Shown: piece by piece, positions 63,001 to 64,000 of the stretch
How the letters are laid out: every line of letters begins with the position of its first letter
How positions within the stretch are numbered: the first letter of the stretch is position 1
Assembly (NCBI GenBank): GCA_030704615.1
Contig: CM060731.1
Span: forward strand, 85,808,001-85,872,000
Source: Takakia lepidozioides
Lineage: Eukaryota; Plantae; Bryophyta
Direction: 5' to 3'
Length of the DNA: 64,000 nucleotides
The notes under the pieces: model-generated
Database searches by the model: none
Seen by the model: only the letters and a program-made list of their open reading frames with translations
Told to the model about the DNA's origin: nothing
Translations under genes and position numbers: made by a program

Positions 63001-63789
63001 TGGCCCAATTACCTGTCTGTAGCTCTCCCTCTCCTCTAAGGGCATTGGAGAGGTTTCGCAGTCTGCGGATAGAGACTGGCAGGTGGGACAACCTGCAACA
63101 TGGGGACCGCTTGTCCCCAGTTGCGCTGGAAACAGCAAGGAAATTGAAAGTGAAGAACTCTTTCACTCTCTACTATGAGATCCATGGGAGATTGTTTATT
63201 CCGAGATACCCAATCTCTCACAGATGTCTTCCATTATGAGGATCAGAATGCTTACCAGCATATCTGCAAGTGACTGCAAGTTGCAGAGTCTATGACAACC
63301 TGGTTACTTGTGATTGAGTTTTGACTTCTGGCCTTGATACCATGCTAGAAAATGTGAAGCTGGTTCTATCACAGCTCCTAGCCCTCTAGCTCGCAACAGA
63401 AGTGACAGGTGACTGGTTGAACTGCCAGAAAAAGAGTCAAGGAACACAAGTAGGATTGCCTATTTGTATCTTTCTGTATAAGTAACGCTTACAAGTACGC
63501 CTCTTTTATGTATTAGTCATGAAGGGCAACAATATTGATAGTGCAGACAAGTGTGAACGAGTACAAAGAGGAGATAGAACAAATGAATGAAGAACTTGAG
63601 GTGGTAAAAAAAAAGTACTTCGATTTAAAACGACAGGAGCAAGCTGAGAAACTTGTGGAAGGCGACGAACTCTCCTCTCCTCGGTCAGGTCACACACTCT
63701 CCCCCTTACCCAACAGAAAAATAGCAGGTGGGTATAATGCATCTCGTCCCACCTCGACAAACCCAACCCCTTCACCTCCAATGGTATAG
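51090..63789 (+). CDS. CFAP58: Cilia- and flagella-associated protein 58 (CCDC147-like), multi-exon
   Basis: In-phase GT-AG exons: 51090-51185, 52097-52184, 52504-52702, 52864-52941, ~53476-53671, ~54286-54487, ~54603-54746, ~54986-55186, ~55615-55803, 60526-60798, ~61112-61312, ~61607-61846, ~61941-62081, ~62521-62697 and ~63547-63789. Coiled coil with LDRFRGEYEKLHRA, EKRLIRKCRELN, QQQNIYEAVRTERNAYSKSLLEAQ and LENPLNVHRWRKLEGTDP. Confidence 0.9.
56921..60482 (-). mobile_element. 5'-truncated LINE (APE-RT-C-terminal Zn motif; RTEX/L2-like) in a CFAP58 intron
   Basis: 14-bp TSD tctttcttcttaga at 56907-56920 and 60483-60496. APE (GQETW, LGDFNAR, SDH), RT (NYRGITLL, QAGFR, FADDF) and CPLCG..EDSIHFLIHC. 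About 3 frameshifts. Confidence 0.93.
62836..63090 (+). repeat. Imperfect ~150-bp local duplication with a LINE-like LRIETGRW remnant
   Basis: aattacctgtctg.agctct...ctaagggca.tgg.gag and cagtctgcggatag.gactgg.aggtg each occur twice. Confidence 0.5.
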
Positions 63790-64000
63790 GGTATTATATG
63801 AGTCTGGTATGTGCCTTTTCTTAAGTAACCCTTGTACTCCTACTGGGGGCAATGAGTTCAAGTGTCAATGACTCCAACTTGTTGTACTTGATCCTGCATT
63901 CACTTTTCTCTTGGGCGAGTTTGATTCTGAAGGTTGGTCTCAAGCTACTACGGTCATGTGAGGGGTTTGAAGCAGAGGTTGCAATTAGCTGCCATAACCC

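Noticed and set aside
11771-63789. Functional link between the MTase-like gene and the sperm gene CFAP58
   Set aside because: They are 35 kb apart across unrelated transposons, and nothing in the sequence ties them together.

Overview
Eukaryotic DNA from a land plant with flagellated sperm, inferred from an intron-rich CFAP58 gene, an RLCK-XI kinase and PLS-class PPR fragments. A hornwort, other bryophyte, lycophyte or fern fits; the species cannot be determined here. Bases 1 to ~46,000 are a nested, rearranged transposon cluster: CACTA ends carrying gene fragments, LINEs, and a Ty3/Gypsy element with two internal inversions. From 46.5 kb there are two divergent host genes: an intronless receptor-like kinase and CFAP58, which has a TSD-flanked LINE in one intron. 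The main discovery is an ~8.07 kb TIR-bounded element (8083-16152) with no recognisable transposase. It carries (i) a spliced, slightly decayed gene joining a ParB/Srx-like domain to a beta-class N4C/N6A DNA methyltransferase-like domain; (ii) about 17 copies of the palindrome GAAATGCGG-NN-CCGCATTTC directly downstream, plus one copy inside each of three introns of that gene; and (iii) a head-to-head pair of paralogous genes of unknown function. The same palindrome recurs at 28.6-28.8 kb, between a second divergent pair of unknown paralogues. My hypothesis (inference only) is a mobile ParB/parS-like DNA-binding or DNA-modification module. All domain calls are by eye from motifs; no searches were run.
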